Positions 53,719-64,000 of a stretch of 64,000 nt of DNA are shown piece by piece. The notes under the pieces were generated by a model. That model had not been told where the DNA came from. It did not search any database and saw nothing but the letters and a program-made list of their open reading frames with translations. The DNA is from Eukaryota sp. TZLM1-RC (lineage: Eukaryota; Protista; Metamonada: BaSk clade): contig JAUPSS010000003.1 of NCBI GenBank assembly GCA_040285825.1, positions 1,240,001 to 1,304,000 of the forward strand. Direction: 5' to 3'. Position 1 is the stretch's first letter; each line of letters starts with the position of its first letter. A program made the position numbers and the translations under genes.

Positions 53719-55110
53719 TCACAATCGAGACTTCTTCGGCCTTGCTCTCTCCAAGGCGATCTCAGACGTCACTGATATAAGTAACAATGGAGGAGGAATG
53801 TATCCTTTGAACCTAATTTGAAAAGGAGCACCTCCATGAGACAGAGTAAACATGGAAGTGGTGGGTTTAAACTCATACATCAATAACGACTCACCACTAC
53901 GAGCAGTCTTTTCTTCTGTAAATCTCATGTAGAGTTTTGTCCGCGGTAAACTCTCGATCATACTATCTTTGGTAATAAACCTTCGTTGTCTGTAAACAAT
54001 GTCGCACGCTTCTTCTAGTTCACTTTCGCTCAATTCGGAGAGATCTGACAACGTTCCAGTGAGTTCTGATGTTCTGAGTTCTTCAGGTGTCATTTCATCC
54101 TCTGACCCAGGCGGACTAACGTCATCCAGTTCAAAGTCATCAGGAATGTCAACATATGATGTAAAGCTCATCAACACCTCTCCTCTCCTGTTCTTCCATT
54201 TAAGTAGTTGGCCATCCCACTCAACAGATAGATTATTCATGATACATGATGCTCCATCCCATCTTACTCTGACGTCCTTGCTGCCCTCCTTTTTAATGAT
54301 CAACGCTTCTCCATCCCAATAATACTCTTTGCCCTGGTACTCGTAGATACATCCCATTGGAGAAAGGAAAGCGTCTTTCCATTCTTTCTGGAGTCTGACT
54401 AAACGCATATCATCGGCTAAGTTCTTTCTTCTCTGTTCTGTGTTTCGTTCAATTCTTTCTTCGATTTCTCTTTTTTTCTTGTCCTCTGCGACTGTTAGAA
54501 CATTAGTCAATGACTTTAAATTCATATCAGTATCTAAATAAAAAGTCCAGTCATATTCTATTTGTGTTCCCATATTACTCTTGGCTTTGGAAATGGTCTT
54601 AAGCCTCATTAAATCTTTCTTATTGTATAACCGGGGCATCAACTGTACAAATAAACCATCAGTATAAGTTAAATGATTAATTTCAACAGCGTGACCAAGG
54701 ATCTCCATCCAAGTTCTGACTTCGCTACGGGTCTTTGCTCGAAGGAATATCTTGCCTGTATAATCAGAACGAATGGATATGATTAAATGAAGATCAGCAC
54801 CAGCTTCTGCTTCTTTAGGTTTAACTGGAGAACTGACCACCGATGCTGTAAGTGGAATAATGTCAGTAGTTTGAGATTTGGGATGGGTTTCAGCGTATTC
54901 AAAGAGGAAAGGACCTTTCAGAATGTAATGAAATGGTTTCCAGTCATCGACTTCAGTGCCGCGACGTTCAAAAACTCCAGCATAATCACGAAGTGTTTCT
55001 AAGCAAAAGAAAGGGGGTTTTCGACGACGAAGTTGATCTGTAAGTGCAAAGACTTCATGATTTTCACGAATAGATTTAGAAAAGTTCTTTTTGATAGCAG
55101 AAAGTGACAT
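53719..55110 (-). CDS. PH-domain protein
   Basis: 463 aa; YAGVFERRG..WKPFHYIL.G.FLFEY...IPL...FLRAKT..E..TWM. Confidence 0.8.
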   Translation of the reverse strand: MSLSAIKKNFSKSIRENHEVFALTDQLRRRKPPFFCLETLRDYAGVFERRGTEVDDWKPFHYILKGPFLFEYAETHPKSQTTDIIPLTASVVSSPVKPKEAEAGADLHLIISIRSDYTGKIFLRAKTRSEVRTWMEILGHAVEINHLTYTDGLFVQLMPRLYNKKDLMRLKTISKAKSNMGTQIEYDWTFYLDTDMNLKSLTNVLTVAEDKKKREIEERIERNTEQRRKNLADDMRLVRLQKEWKDAFLSPMGCIYEYQGKEYYWDGEALIIKKEGSKDVRVRWDGASCIMNNLSVEWDGQLLKWKNRRGEVLMSFTSYVDIPDDFELDDVSPPGSEDEMTPEELRTSELTGTLSDLSELSESELEEACDIVYRQRRFITKDSMIESLPRTKLYMRFTEEKTARSGESLLMYEFKPTTSMFTLSHGGAPFQIRFKGYIPPPLLLISVTSEIALERARPKKSRL

Positions 55111-55174
55111 GGGCTAGCAGCACAAAAATGACAATTAGTAGTAACCTGTTGAAATTACTAAAGATGAAATGATT

Positions 55175-55510
55175 GTCTTTCAGAGGATTATTTCAGGTCT
55201 TTCATTTCCTTTGAGATAGTGATCTACAACATGAATCATATTAAGAACAGCATTGACATTACGATTTCATAGACATCCACGCTTCTTGCAAGTGAGTAAT
55301 CCATGTCTAAGGACCGTTGGAGTCTATTCTCTCCTGTAAGGGTCTGGGTTTGGTACACGATGTTTCTTTACATTTTCACCTTCTTTTGCCTCGAGTACAC
55401 ATGCATGACATTTACAACTAGTTCTATATTCATCCAGTAGCAATAGACGGAAGTTACTTTTTTCAAAAACTTTCGATCACCAACATTCTTTGTTGGTGCT
55501 TGATACTTAA
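55175..55510 (-). pseudogene. Fanzor1 C-terminal fragment (family 4)
   Basis: APTKNVG, LLDEYRTSCKCHAC, PNPDPYRR, RHGLLTC, NRNVNAVLNM, ERP. Confidence 0.88.
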
Positions 55511-56206
55511 CTTTAACCTACTTAAATTGGTTATCTTCCACCTGGTGATAGTATTGAAGAAACATTTGCCTATACAAATCAACAACTTGATTTTATTGAT
55601 TTCCCTTTCTCTATAAGTAGAAATTTTTTTGAATGACGTCCAAATAAATGGTTCAACAAAAACAATGACGATACTTGGTAACTTTTTACGGTGTATCGAA
55701 GATCAAATTTCCATCATCAATAGGTTATCATTGGTTTTAACTAAATCTAGGAAGTAACAGTCTGATAACAAGCACATCAGGGTTGTGTCGAGGAATACTG
55801 ATTTCAATGAATTGGATCCTATTAGTTTCTTTGTTTCACGCAGAAAGGGACATTATGTAGAAGTTTGTGTTGGAGTGAAGTTAAACTTATAAATTTTGTT
55901 TAAACTTGTCAAATGGTACAGATCAACAATATATCTCTAAAGAACTATCAACTTTACCTTGTGTCGTCATTAGAGTCACTGCATGGATGTCTGTCTTCAC
56001 CTTGCGGTTGGGTACAAGGACACGTGACTTCTATGTTGTTTTCCTCCTCTGAGTTAGTATGAAAGTAGCGATTAATTAATATTTTTTACATGGTTTCTGT
56101 ATAAATCAAGCAAAAAGAACATAAAGACCAAAAAAATAAATAAATTGTATTAAAAATAAATAAATAGAATTAATGGAATATGTTGAAATCAAAAATAAAA
56201 CCTGAC

Positions 56207-56870
56207 TTAAATGAGACACTTACTCAACGAATGTCTTTGTTTTAATACATCCAACACTCTTTCAAACACTTCCTCTCTTGACGCATTACAATCAACACAG
56301 GCATAGACATCTGGGTGATCTTTCTGATAATGCTGAATTACAGGAAGAGTAGTGGAATTGAAAGCCTCCAACCTTATAGCAAATTTCTCTTCATTGTCGT
56401 CTGAACGAGGATTTTCTCCATTAGCAATGGCCTCTTTAGCCCTGTTTAATGTACGGGCTAAGCAAACACTGTCTGGAGCATCAAAGTGGAGAAGTACGGC
56501 GGGAAGACCCATTTCTTGTTCATACATAAGAGCTTGATCCAAAGCACGGGGACTGGGATAAGAAACTAAATAAAACACACAATCCATCAATTACAATGCA
56601 TTTAAATCCTTCGTCGGCTTTTTTGAGAATCCAACGTCGAAGAATTGGCATAGCAAGAGATGAGGGTACAATTTGGCCAGCACCAAGAATTTGTTGTAGT
56701 TGTTGAGCAAATGGACTTTCAGGATCCTTTGTTTCGTGTCGTAGAATGTCACCCACAGAGATGTGTGCAAAAGAAGAGAATCTGTCGAGAAGAAACTCGG
56801 ACATGGTTCCTTTTCCTATAGCAGCCTTACCAGTGATCCAAATAACAGAAGGGAATTTCGACGCAGTCAT
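56207..56870 (-). CDS. Adenylate/UMP-CMP kinase family, two exons (56870-56581, 56552-56207)
   Basis: GKAAIGKGT, HISVGDILR, GQIVP, spliced IDGFPR, RSDDNEE..RL; spliced length 636 nt. Confidence 0.92.
56553..56580 (-). other. 28-nt spliceosomal intron
   Basis: GTGTGTTTTATTTAGTTTCTTATCCCAG; removal restores DGFPR and the frame. Confidence 0.92.
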
Positions 56871-57529
56871 TGTTTATAGAGGATTGAGTTTTTGAGAAGA
56901 TTTTCTCCTTTTTCTGAGAACCTTCATAAACCTTGATACTTTGTAGGTATACTGGTCTATTTCCACCTTTTACATGTGCTTCCATCACTGTCAACATATT
57001 TAGTGAAGCAAATTCTTCACCGATAAGTAAACATTATTCATCAAATTTAAATTTGCTGTTTTTCGAACATATATGCAGTCCTGTTGAGAGTAATAAGAGC
57101 ATATTCAGGTTGTTGAATTTCCGAAACCTCATTCAATTGCAATAATTCCACAAATTGCGTTGAATTTCCATCCCAAAATTGATTTCTTAGGAATAATGAA
57201 AAATTGTATTCGAAAACCAATTGGTCAAAACAAATGCTTCCAATTTCAACAGAATATTGTCACTTAACAAAAGGCTGACTAAAGTGAGCAAAATCACAGA
57301 CTATTAAGATCAGGTAGTCTTTATTCCCAAATTTCAACCAGTGTCCTCATTGAATTTCTGAATGATGAAACAAATGATGAGTAGGCTCAGTATTGAGAAG
57401 GCTCATCATATGTCAAGGTTTAGATAATCAATTGCTGTCCAGATCCTACCAGACAGTGACAACTGTATTGTCAACTTTTTCTCATTAATGAATTTAGTTC
57501 AAACTTTCCAAGAATTCCGTGGAAAATAT

Positions 57530-57830
57530 TTTTTATTTCCTGGATGAATTTTTAATGATCTAAAAACTATCTAGTATTCAATATCCTTCAAACAAGCATT
57601 ATAATTACTAAACCTACTCACAGCAATTCTTTCATATTCTACACCAATAGCTAACAGAGCTTTAGAAATCATTGTTGTAATAGACTTAAAAATGCAAAAA
57701 ACAATTCTATTTAACCAGAAAGAAGAATTCAATTTTTCACGAGCTCTGTTATGCAAAACTGATTTAAAATTTTCAAAAAAATGCAATCCTCAGGGCCTAC
57801 TAGTGCCAAAAAGAGAAATAGCAAACTGCA
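57530..57830 (-). mobile_element. 3' fragment of RLE non-LTR retrotransposon
   Basis: FAISLFG...FWLNRIVFCIFK..ISKALL, like 24120-24330; AAATAAAAAA tail. Confidence 0.75.
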
Positions 57831-58229
57831 CAAAAATGTGCAGTTTATCTACCTAAATTCGCCAATGGTTCTTCCTTTATTCTTTTATTTTTTTGGGTGG
57901 AATTGGTTTCACTAAAGTTTCAATTTTGTGTGAAGCAGCATTTTTAGGAGGTGGTAAAAATTTTTTTTGAATTTTTCCAAAGGTTCCCTTTTGATGTTCA
58001 TCTGATCAATGGTGAATCAAATTTTTACCTAAATCAACTTCAATTTGAATTAGATCATTTGCCCAGTGGTATCTGAATTCAGTGTTTTCCTCAGAATGCT
58101 CAAGAAACTCCCAAATTTACGTTTTTGCCTGAGAAAGCTTCAGCACCATTCGGTTATATGATATGAAAGCTTGGATTATGAAGTAACACTTGGCTTGGCC
58201 AATACTGAAAAATCGCCTTCGGAAAAAAT

Positions 58230-59127
58230 TTTTTTAAAGGACATTCGTAAGAGTTCTCCTGCTTCTGTAGTAACTAAAATTTCCTGTGTTTATGGACTTT
58301 TGTTAAAAAAACAATGAATGAATTTTTAACATGCGTTTTCGTTGTTTTCTATGGCCGAACAGTTTATCCAATCATTTAACATGTAATTGTGGTAAACCTC
58401 TTTTGTTTACTCATCTTTTGAACTGTGAACATTTCATTACAGTTGGAAGTAAAGTGTATAATAATGTCAGGGACCAAATTTATGTAATGTGTAAATCATA
58501 TCAAGTAGATTCCTTTTTAGAGCCTTTGCTATCAAAATTAATTCTTGATGACCCCAGTATTGATAGTATGCGCTACAACAGAGTTTCTATGAGTCTGACA
58601 AGAGGTGATTTGGTTGTTCCCGGTTTAAATGGTAGTTTTACTATTTTAGACGCCATGTCCATTGACCCTTGTAATTTTTCTAACGAACATTTCATTGACT
58701 CAGATGTAAATAATCCTCTTCCTGCTGGCAAAATATTTAAAAATTGCTAAATATGCGAAACCCATTTCCTCGATTGATGAAAAATCTCATGCCCAATATA
58801 ATTTATGTCCCTTTGTTTTTTCTTTGGCTGGATCTTCAGGTAAGGCTGCTATGGTTTTCGTTGACGACTTTGTTGTAGTTGTAAAGGAAAAAATTGGAAG
58901 AATTTTCAATCGTGTTTACTGGTAAAACAGGATTGTATTTTCTATTTTTAAGGGAATGGTGAAATTAATTTCTGATTCACTCTGTTCGTTTGGCACATTT
59001 TCTGAAGTTTTAGTAATTAATTGTTGTAATGTTGGTGAGGCGGATTTTGAGGATGTGGAGTTTTAGTTGTGTATTTCATGTTTTCATTTTCCCTATTAGA
59101 TAAACTAAAAGTAAGGTGAAAAAAAAG
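58230..59127 (+). mobile_element. 3' fragment of RLE non-LTR retrotransposon
   Basis: Collinear with 25600-26420; A-run at the end. Confidence 0.88.
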
Positions 59128-59457
59128 GTTGTTATTACACACAACAATACTATATATGCCGAATTAATTATCAAAAGTGGTTCATTTTCTCAATCAAATT
59201 TTACAATAAGTCTCATATTTTACTGAAAGACTGACTCTCCATGAGAAAATTCTGATAAGAATAATGGTTAATTATTTCCTTATTCATTTTGTTTCGACTT
59301 ATCTAATGTTGATTATTTATTATATTATTGCATTTTTTCTGCTATTATACAACCCTTTCTTTTTAGATTTTACAAATTTTGAAGATGTATAGCCCAATCC
59401 ATCCTAAATGTGATGAATTAATGATTAAATTGCTTTGGAATAACTTTTATGTCATAA

Positions 59458-59817
59458 TTGTCAGAAAACCTCCAAGAAAAAAAATTCAAAATAAGTCAGG
59501 AAGCTTCCATGAATGCTAATGTATTTGGTGTTTCTCATTATGATGATTGTATTGTTGAAAACAGTTGTGTTCTAGTTCCATTAACCGACAAATGTGTAGC
59601 TCCTAATACATTTTTATGGATTCACAATTGCCAATCAGAAATCAAATTAATCGAAGCTTTCCATTCATACATGGGAAGATCTCGTTCTGACATATTGACT
59701 GGACTCATTGTTTCAGAATTTGATTATCAAGTCTTCACAGAAGGGCCAGTTTTTCCAGAATCAGTATTATTATTTTTACCAAGCATTACGTATTACTTTT
59801 TTAGAACAGAAAATTAA
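59458..59817 (+). pseudogene. Possible PolB-type exonuclease fragment
   Basis: SEIKLIEAFHSYM...DILTG.....FD resembles the ExoII region; flanks decayed. Confidence 0.45.
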
Positions 59818-60949
59818 AAAGTAGAAGGAAAATTCCAGTCTTTGAACTTTCATAATCTCACTTTGCACAAATGATTCAGTCTTTGAGAATTCATATCCTT
59901 TTGTCTTAAAATGTTTGTATTGAGTAAAAGTGATCAAGGCTCAGTTCCTGAAATATCGAAACCAATGATAGAACCAATTCAATGTGTAACTTGAGCTATA
60001 TTACAGCTCAATATTATAATTTACCATCGAAAACTCTATCAGTTAAAATTAGTGATGATTTGGAAAGTTTTAATAATCAAAATTATGATGAACTTATGGA
60101 AATAAAAGGTGGAATCGATGGTTCTTTGCTTACATTTGGAAACTTTGGGCCTAATGGTTAAATTGCTCAAACAATGGTGTCGAATTTAGAAGTTAATCTG
60201 AGAGAATAGTATCTACATTGTATGGAATGGTTGATTACTGTTTTTCTCGAAAGAGAACAATTTCACAATCAGCTAGATGGAATATTGCAAATATAAGCCG
60301 TTCAAGGGGCAAAGGTCAAAATTAAAAATTAATTAAAGCTATTTACATTGTACCTTCGGAAAATTGAAGATGTTTGTTCTGATTCATGGAAGAATTTAGC
60401 TTCTTGACGATAGTTATGATGCTGCCACTGCTCCTGTTCTAATTGATATTGATTTTTTGTACAGTATTCAAGGTGGAAAAATTGTAAAAGTGGAACCTAC
60501 CTTTAACTTCTTGGTTGATCGGATTTTCCCACATCTATTAACGTTTATACTGGATCATCAAATCATTAATTGTATTTTCCCTGCACAATAATAAATTAAC
60601 AAGGAATTTGAAAAACAAGAAAGTTGTTACCTAAAGTAGAAGAAAACAGTCCTCAGTTATTTTGAAAGAGCGCGATTGAAATTAATGAAAAACTTGAAGA
60701 ATGGAGCTCCAACATATAGTGTTTACCTTTGTTAGGTGAAATGATTCCGGGTCTTTTTTGAAAATGATTTTCAAACTTTACATGCAACATTCACTAGAAC
60801 ACATGAAAAGGAACAAAAATTACAGATACAAAAAAGATAAACAGCGCGTTTGGTATCCATAAAAAGTCGACAGAAGAACAAAATATTTTTTTGGCAAGTT
60901 GTTTTCAAATTCAGCGAATTGGTTTTCTGCACTTTCGATTGATCGTATC

Positions 60950-63245
60950 AAAGCCACGGCTATTTCTTCAGAGAATTGTCTTATTTTATTAACCAAAAAT
61001 TTTTAATAGAATTTTAACTGGCCAATTCAAATATCCTGAAGAATTAAGATGTTCACGGTTGACTGTACTTGTAAAGAACTCAAAAATGGATGTTGGTCCA
61101 ATTGCGGTCTCTGAATGTTTACAAAATATTGTTTCTGCTTGCTACTTAAATAGATTCAATGAAAAAGCAAAAATGATTTTATAACCCTTTCAATATGGAA
61201 TTAATACCACTGATGGAGTCTCTTCAGCGATATTTGCTACAGATGTGTTATTTCGCCAAAATGAATCCAATGTTTGTATGTCATTGGATTTTAGTAATGC
61301 ATTCAATTCAATTAGTCGTTGCAGTATTCATGGTGCTTTGTTGCAATATTTGCCAGAATTAATGCCTTATTTTCAAACAACATAAAGTACATATTCTAAT
61401 TTACATTTTGGTAATTGCATTTTGAGTTCATCAAGTGGTGTAAAGCAAAGAGGTCCTTTAGGACCCCTTTTGTTTTGTTTGGCCATTCATCCAATTTTAT
61501 TGCAAATTCAAGAGATGTTTTCATCGCTAAAAAAGATTGCCTAGATGGATGACGTTGTTCTTATAGGTGATTTAAAGATTGTGAAAAAAGCAACTGTATG
61601 CTTTAATTAATTGTATAAAAAAATTGGCGTCTGACTTAACTTACTTGATTGTGTTTACTTTCGAATTCTCCAGTTTCAACAATAGTTGATGGTGTTGAAA
61701 TTCAAGCCAAATTATATTCAATTGATGCTATTCTTCATTTAGGTTCGCTTTTACCAAAAGTTTGAAATTACCAAAGAATTGTTTGAAAAGTTGAACTCAA
61801 TTTCTAGAAAATTGACCAAATGATGACTTTAGATATACAAAAGCATACCAAATTTACCATTGTAAGACTGTGTTTTAGTTCCAACTTTAATCATATATTT
61901 CGCTCTATAAATCCTCTTTTCACTAGGCCTTTGGCCCAGAAGTTTAATAAATTACATGCAAAAGTCTTGTCACATTTACTAGGATGTACAATATTCCAAA
62001 TTTTAGATCATGCTTATCTAAGTCCAAATCTTGAAAATTTTGGCGGATTAGGTTACACAAAGGCTTCTATTCTTACTTCATGTACTTTTATTGGTGGATG
62101 TAGAAATGCAATTTTCGAGTTTTCTGAAAGATTGGTCGATTGGGAAGATTGATTAATGACAACGCAAAGTTCTACTGTTTTTGCATTAAGGGATGAAATT
62201 TCAAAAATTGAAGTAGAAAAATGGAGTCGATGCTTTCCCCAATCATTCAATGGCATTATTCCAGAAAAGAATCTATTAAATTTAAAATACACTCTTCGAA
62301 CTTTGCAGAAACGATTGACTGGAATGTATGAAAATGATCTTTATAATTATATATGCAACTCGGCTGTTTTAAATCAAGATCTTCACTCATTGTTATTGGA
62401 AAAGGGTGTTTGTGAAAACAAGTCATCAGATTCTTCACTTTTTGTAACCGTTGTACCACGAAGATTTGGATTGTGTGCCCCTAATGAAGCATTTGTAACA
62501 AAAATGAGATTATATTTGAATATCCCCATTAATCAGTTATTATCAAAAGATAAATGTATTTGTTTGAATTCACCTCAACTCATTTTGCGCCATGCTCTGA
62601 ATTGTTCTAAATTGATAACTTACCGTTCTTCATTACATGATGCTGTTAGAGACACTGTTTTTAATATGGCACAAACTGCAAGAATATCGTGTATCAAAGA
62701 GCCTCTGCTGAAGGAAACACTGTCTCTGAATAATTTTGGTTCTGATGATAAAGGTGATGTATAGTGTGATTGGATTGATAACTCTGAAGCTATTGTTGAC
62801 TTTATCTCATGTAATGTTGCAAATGATACTTTGGTTCACAGAAGAAAACTTCCTGTGACTGCTCTTGATTTTAAAGCAAAAGAAAAACATAGAAAATATG
62901 ATGAAGATATTGAAGAGGCTTATGCTGATAGAAACACACAGCTGGTTTTATTGCTTTCCCATTTTCGATAAATGGAAGATTATCAGATGAAGCAGAAACT
63001 TTTTTGAATGATTTCCAAAAAATGGTACAAGAAAAAACAATGAAAAGATTTGATATCTTTTTATGGCGCTCTCGGAACCAATTTGTCATTTTAAATAGAT
63101 TACGTCGGTTTTTCAATCGAATTAGAGAAGCTTTAGCTAGACAGCAAGCAGATCAAGATTTTGTAGAGGAAATTTTGGTTCATTGAATTTTGTCCCATTA
63201 GTTATGAGTCAATTTTATTAAGTGTGCAAGATGAATAAAAAATTT
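60950..63245 (+). mobile_element. Decayed CRE-like (RLE) non-LTR retrotransposon
   Basis: GPIAVSE, FQYGI, LDFSNAFNSI, SGVKQ.GPLGPLLF, MDDV, GGLG, CIC...HALNC, HDAVRD, KGD...VD, KEKHRKY; AATAAAA end. Confidence 0.9.
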
Positions 63246-63695
63246 TAATTCAGCGAACCATTTTTTAAAAGAAAAGGTTATGCTTAAGTAATTAACAATA
63301 ATGGTTTTTCAGTTTGTGTAGAGATGGCCAGAGAGGACTGCTTTAGACATAAATTTAAATCTGGTTAATGACTGTGAAAAATATCTTCAAGATTTCAATG
63401 AACAAAGTACTGGTTAGTTTTGAGAGACAACCTTAGAATACGCATAATCTGATCTGTCCTGATCGGAATGAGCCATCGGAAGATCACGGTGTATCCACAA
63501 GGGTAGGACCTTCGATGATGACTTTGTAGTCCTCGTCGAAGAAAGTACAACGTAGAGTGTTACTACAACTCTCGTAGTGTTGATTTGCAACTTGAGATAC
63601 TGGAGAGGAGGTTGGTTGTTAATTTGGTGCGTGAGTGTTGCGAAATTGAAAGTAACCACTTCAGTTGCAAATCAGTATAAACCAGACCTACAACA

Positions 63696-64000
63696 ATGGG
63701 CCGTCAAAATCCTGCTGAAAAACGCCCTAGAAAACGTTCCAATAAAAAGACACAGTCTTCTTCTGTTGTTGGCCGCTCCTTGATCAAAAAAACCTTTGGA
63801 AATGCTCGTCCTGTACTTGTTGATCCTTTTGCTCAAACCCTTTCCAACAATGAACGTATACAAGCAGTTGAATCTGGACCTAACCAGTTCTCAGTTACAG
63901 AAGTATCTGATCTTACCAATCTTATGGATGTGGCAGCTCTCTCTCAGCGAAACTTTGAAGCTGAGCGTGAACGAAACACCGTGCTTCTCTCGACTGCCTT
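63696..64000 (+). CDS. LSG1: Large subunit GTPase 1, 5' end (runs off window)
   Basis: MGR...VGRSLIK...SVTEVSDLTNLMDVAALSQRNFEAER matches the Lsg1 N-terminal pattern; CAACAATG start. Confidence 0.75.
   Translation, partial: MGRQNPAEKRPRKRSNKKTQSSSVVGRSLIKKTFGNARPVLVDPFAQTLSNNERIQAVESGPNQFSVTEVSDLTNLMDVAALSQRNFEAERERNTVLLSTA

Noticed and set aside
8993-54322. Numerous short antisense or overlapping ORFs within PMCA, CAP-D3, integrases, Gypsy pol, CH-LRR and PH genes
   Set aside because: Shadows of real coding frames with no independent motifs
56520-56590. Frameshifted kinase pseudogene or programmed frameshift
   Set aside because: Explained by a 28-nt GT-AG intron
63414-63659. 81-aa minus-strand ORF
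   Set aside because: Non-ATG start, no recognisable motif

Overview
AT-rich, gene-dense eukaryotic DNA with almost no introns, probably from a compact-genome protist (taxon not determinable from sequence alone; standard code; two GT-AG introns of 28 and 32 nt). About 15 intact host genes are present: PMCA-type Ca-ATPase, condensin II CAP-D3, PP5, ENY2/Sus1, aminoacylase-1, a UMP-CMP/adenylate kinase, the LSG1 5' end, a TONSL-like TPR protein, a CH-CBM20-LRR protein, a PH protein, a pseudo-kinesin and others. They are separated by decayed mobile DNA: at least 10 Fanzor1 (eukaryotic TnpB-like) remnants of about 5 families, many CRE-like RLE non-LTR retrotransposon pieces, three Ty3/Gypsy-type LTR elements with 4-bp TSDs, a deleted MULE and a hAT remnant. 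The main candidate for an undescribed system is a Fanzor1 whose frame is continuous with an upstream PolB-type DEDDy 3'-5' exonuclease; in that family the RuvC-III Asp is Asn in all three copies. Also notable are a 3x1.65-kb tandem amplicon that creates stand-alone LTR-preceded integrase ORFs, and two LTR elements with a palindrome instead of a tRNA primer-binding site. All protein calls come from motif recognition by eye, not database searches. Boundaries of decayed elements are approximate, and some 1-nt frameshifts could be assembly errors.
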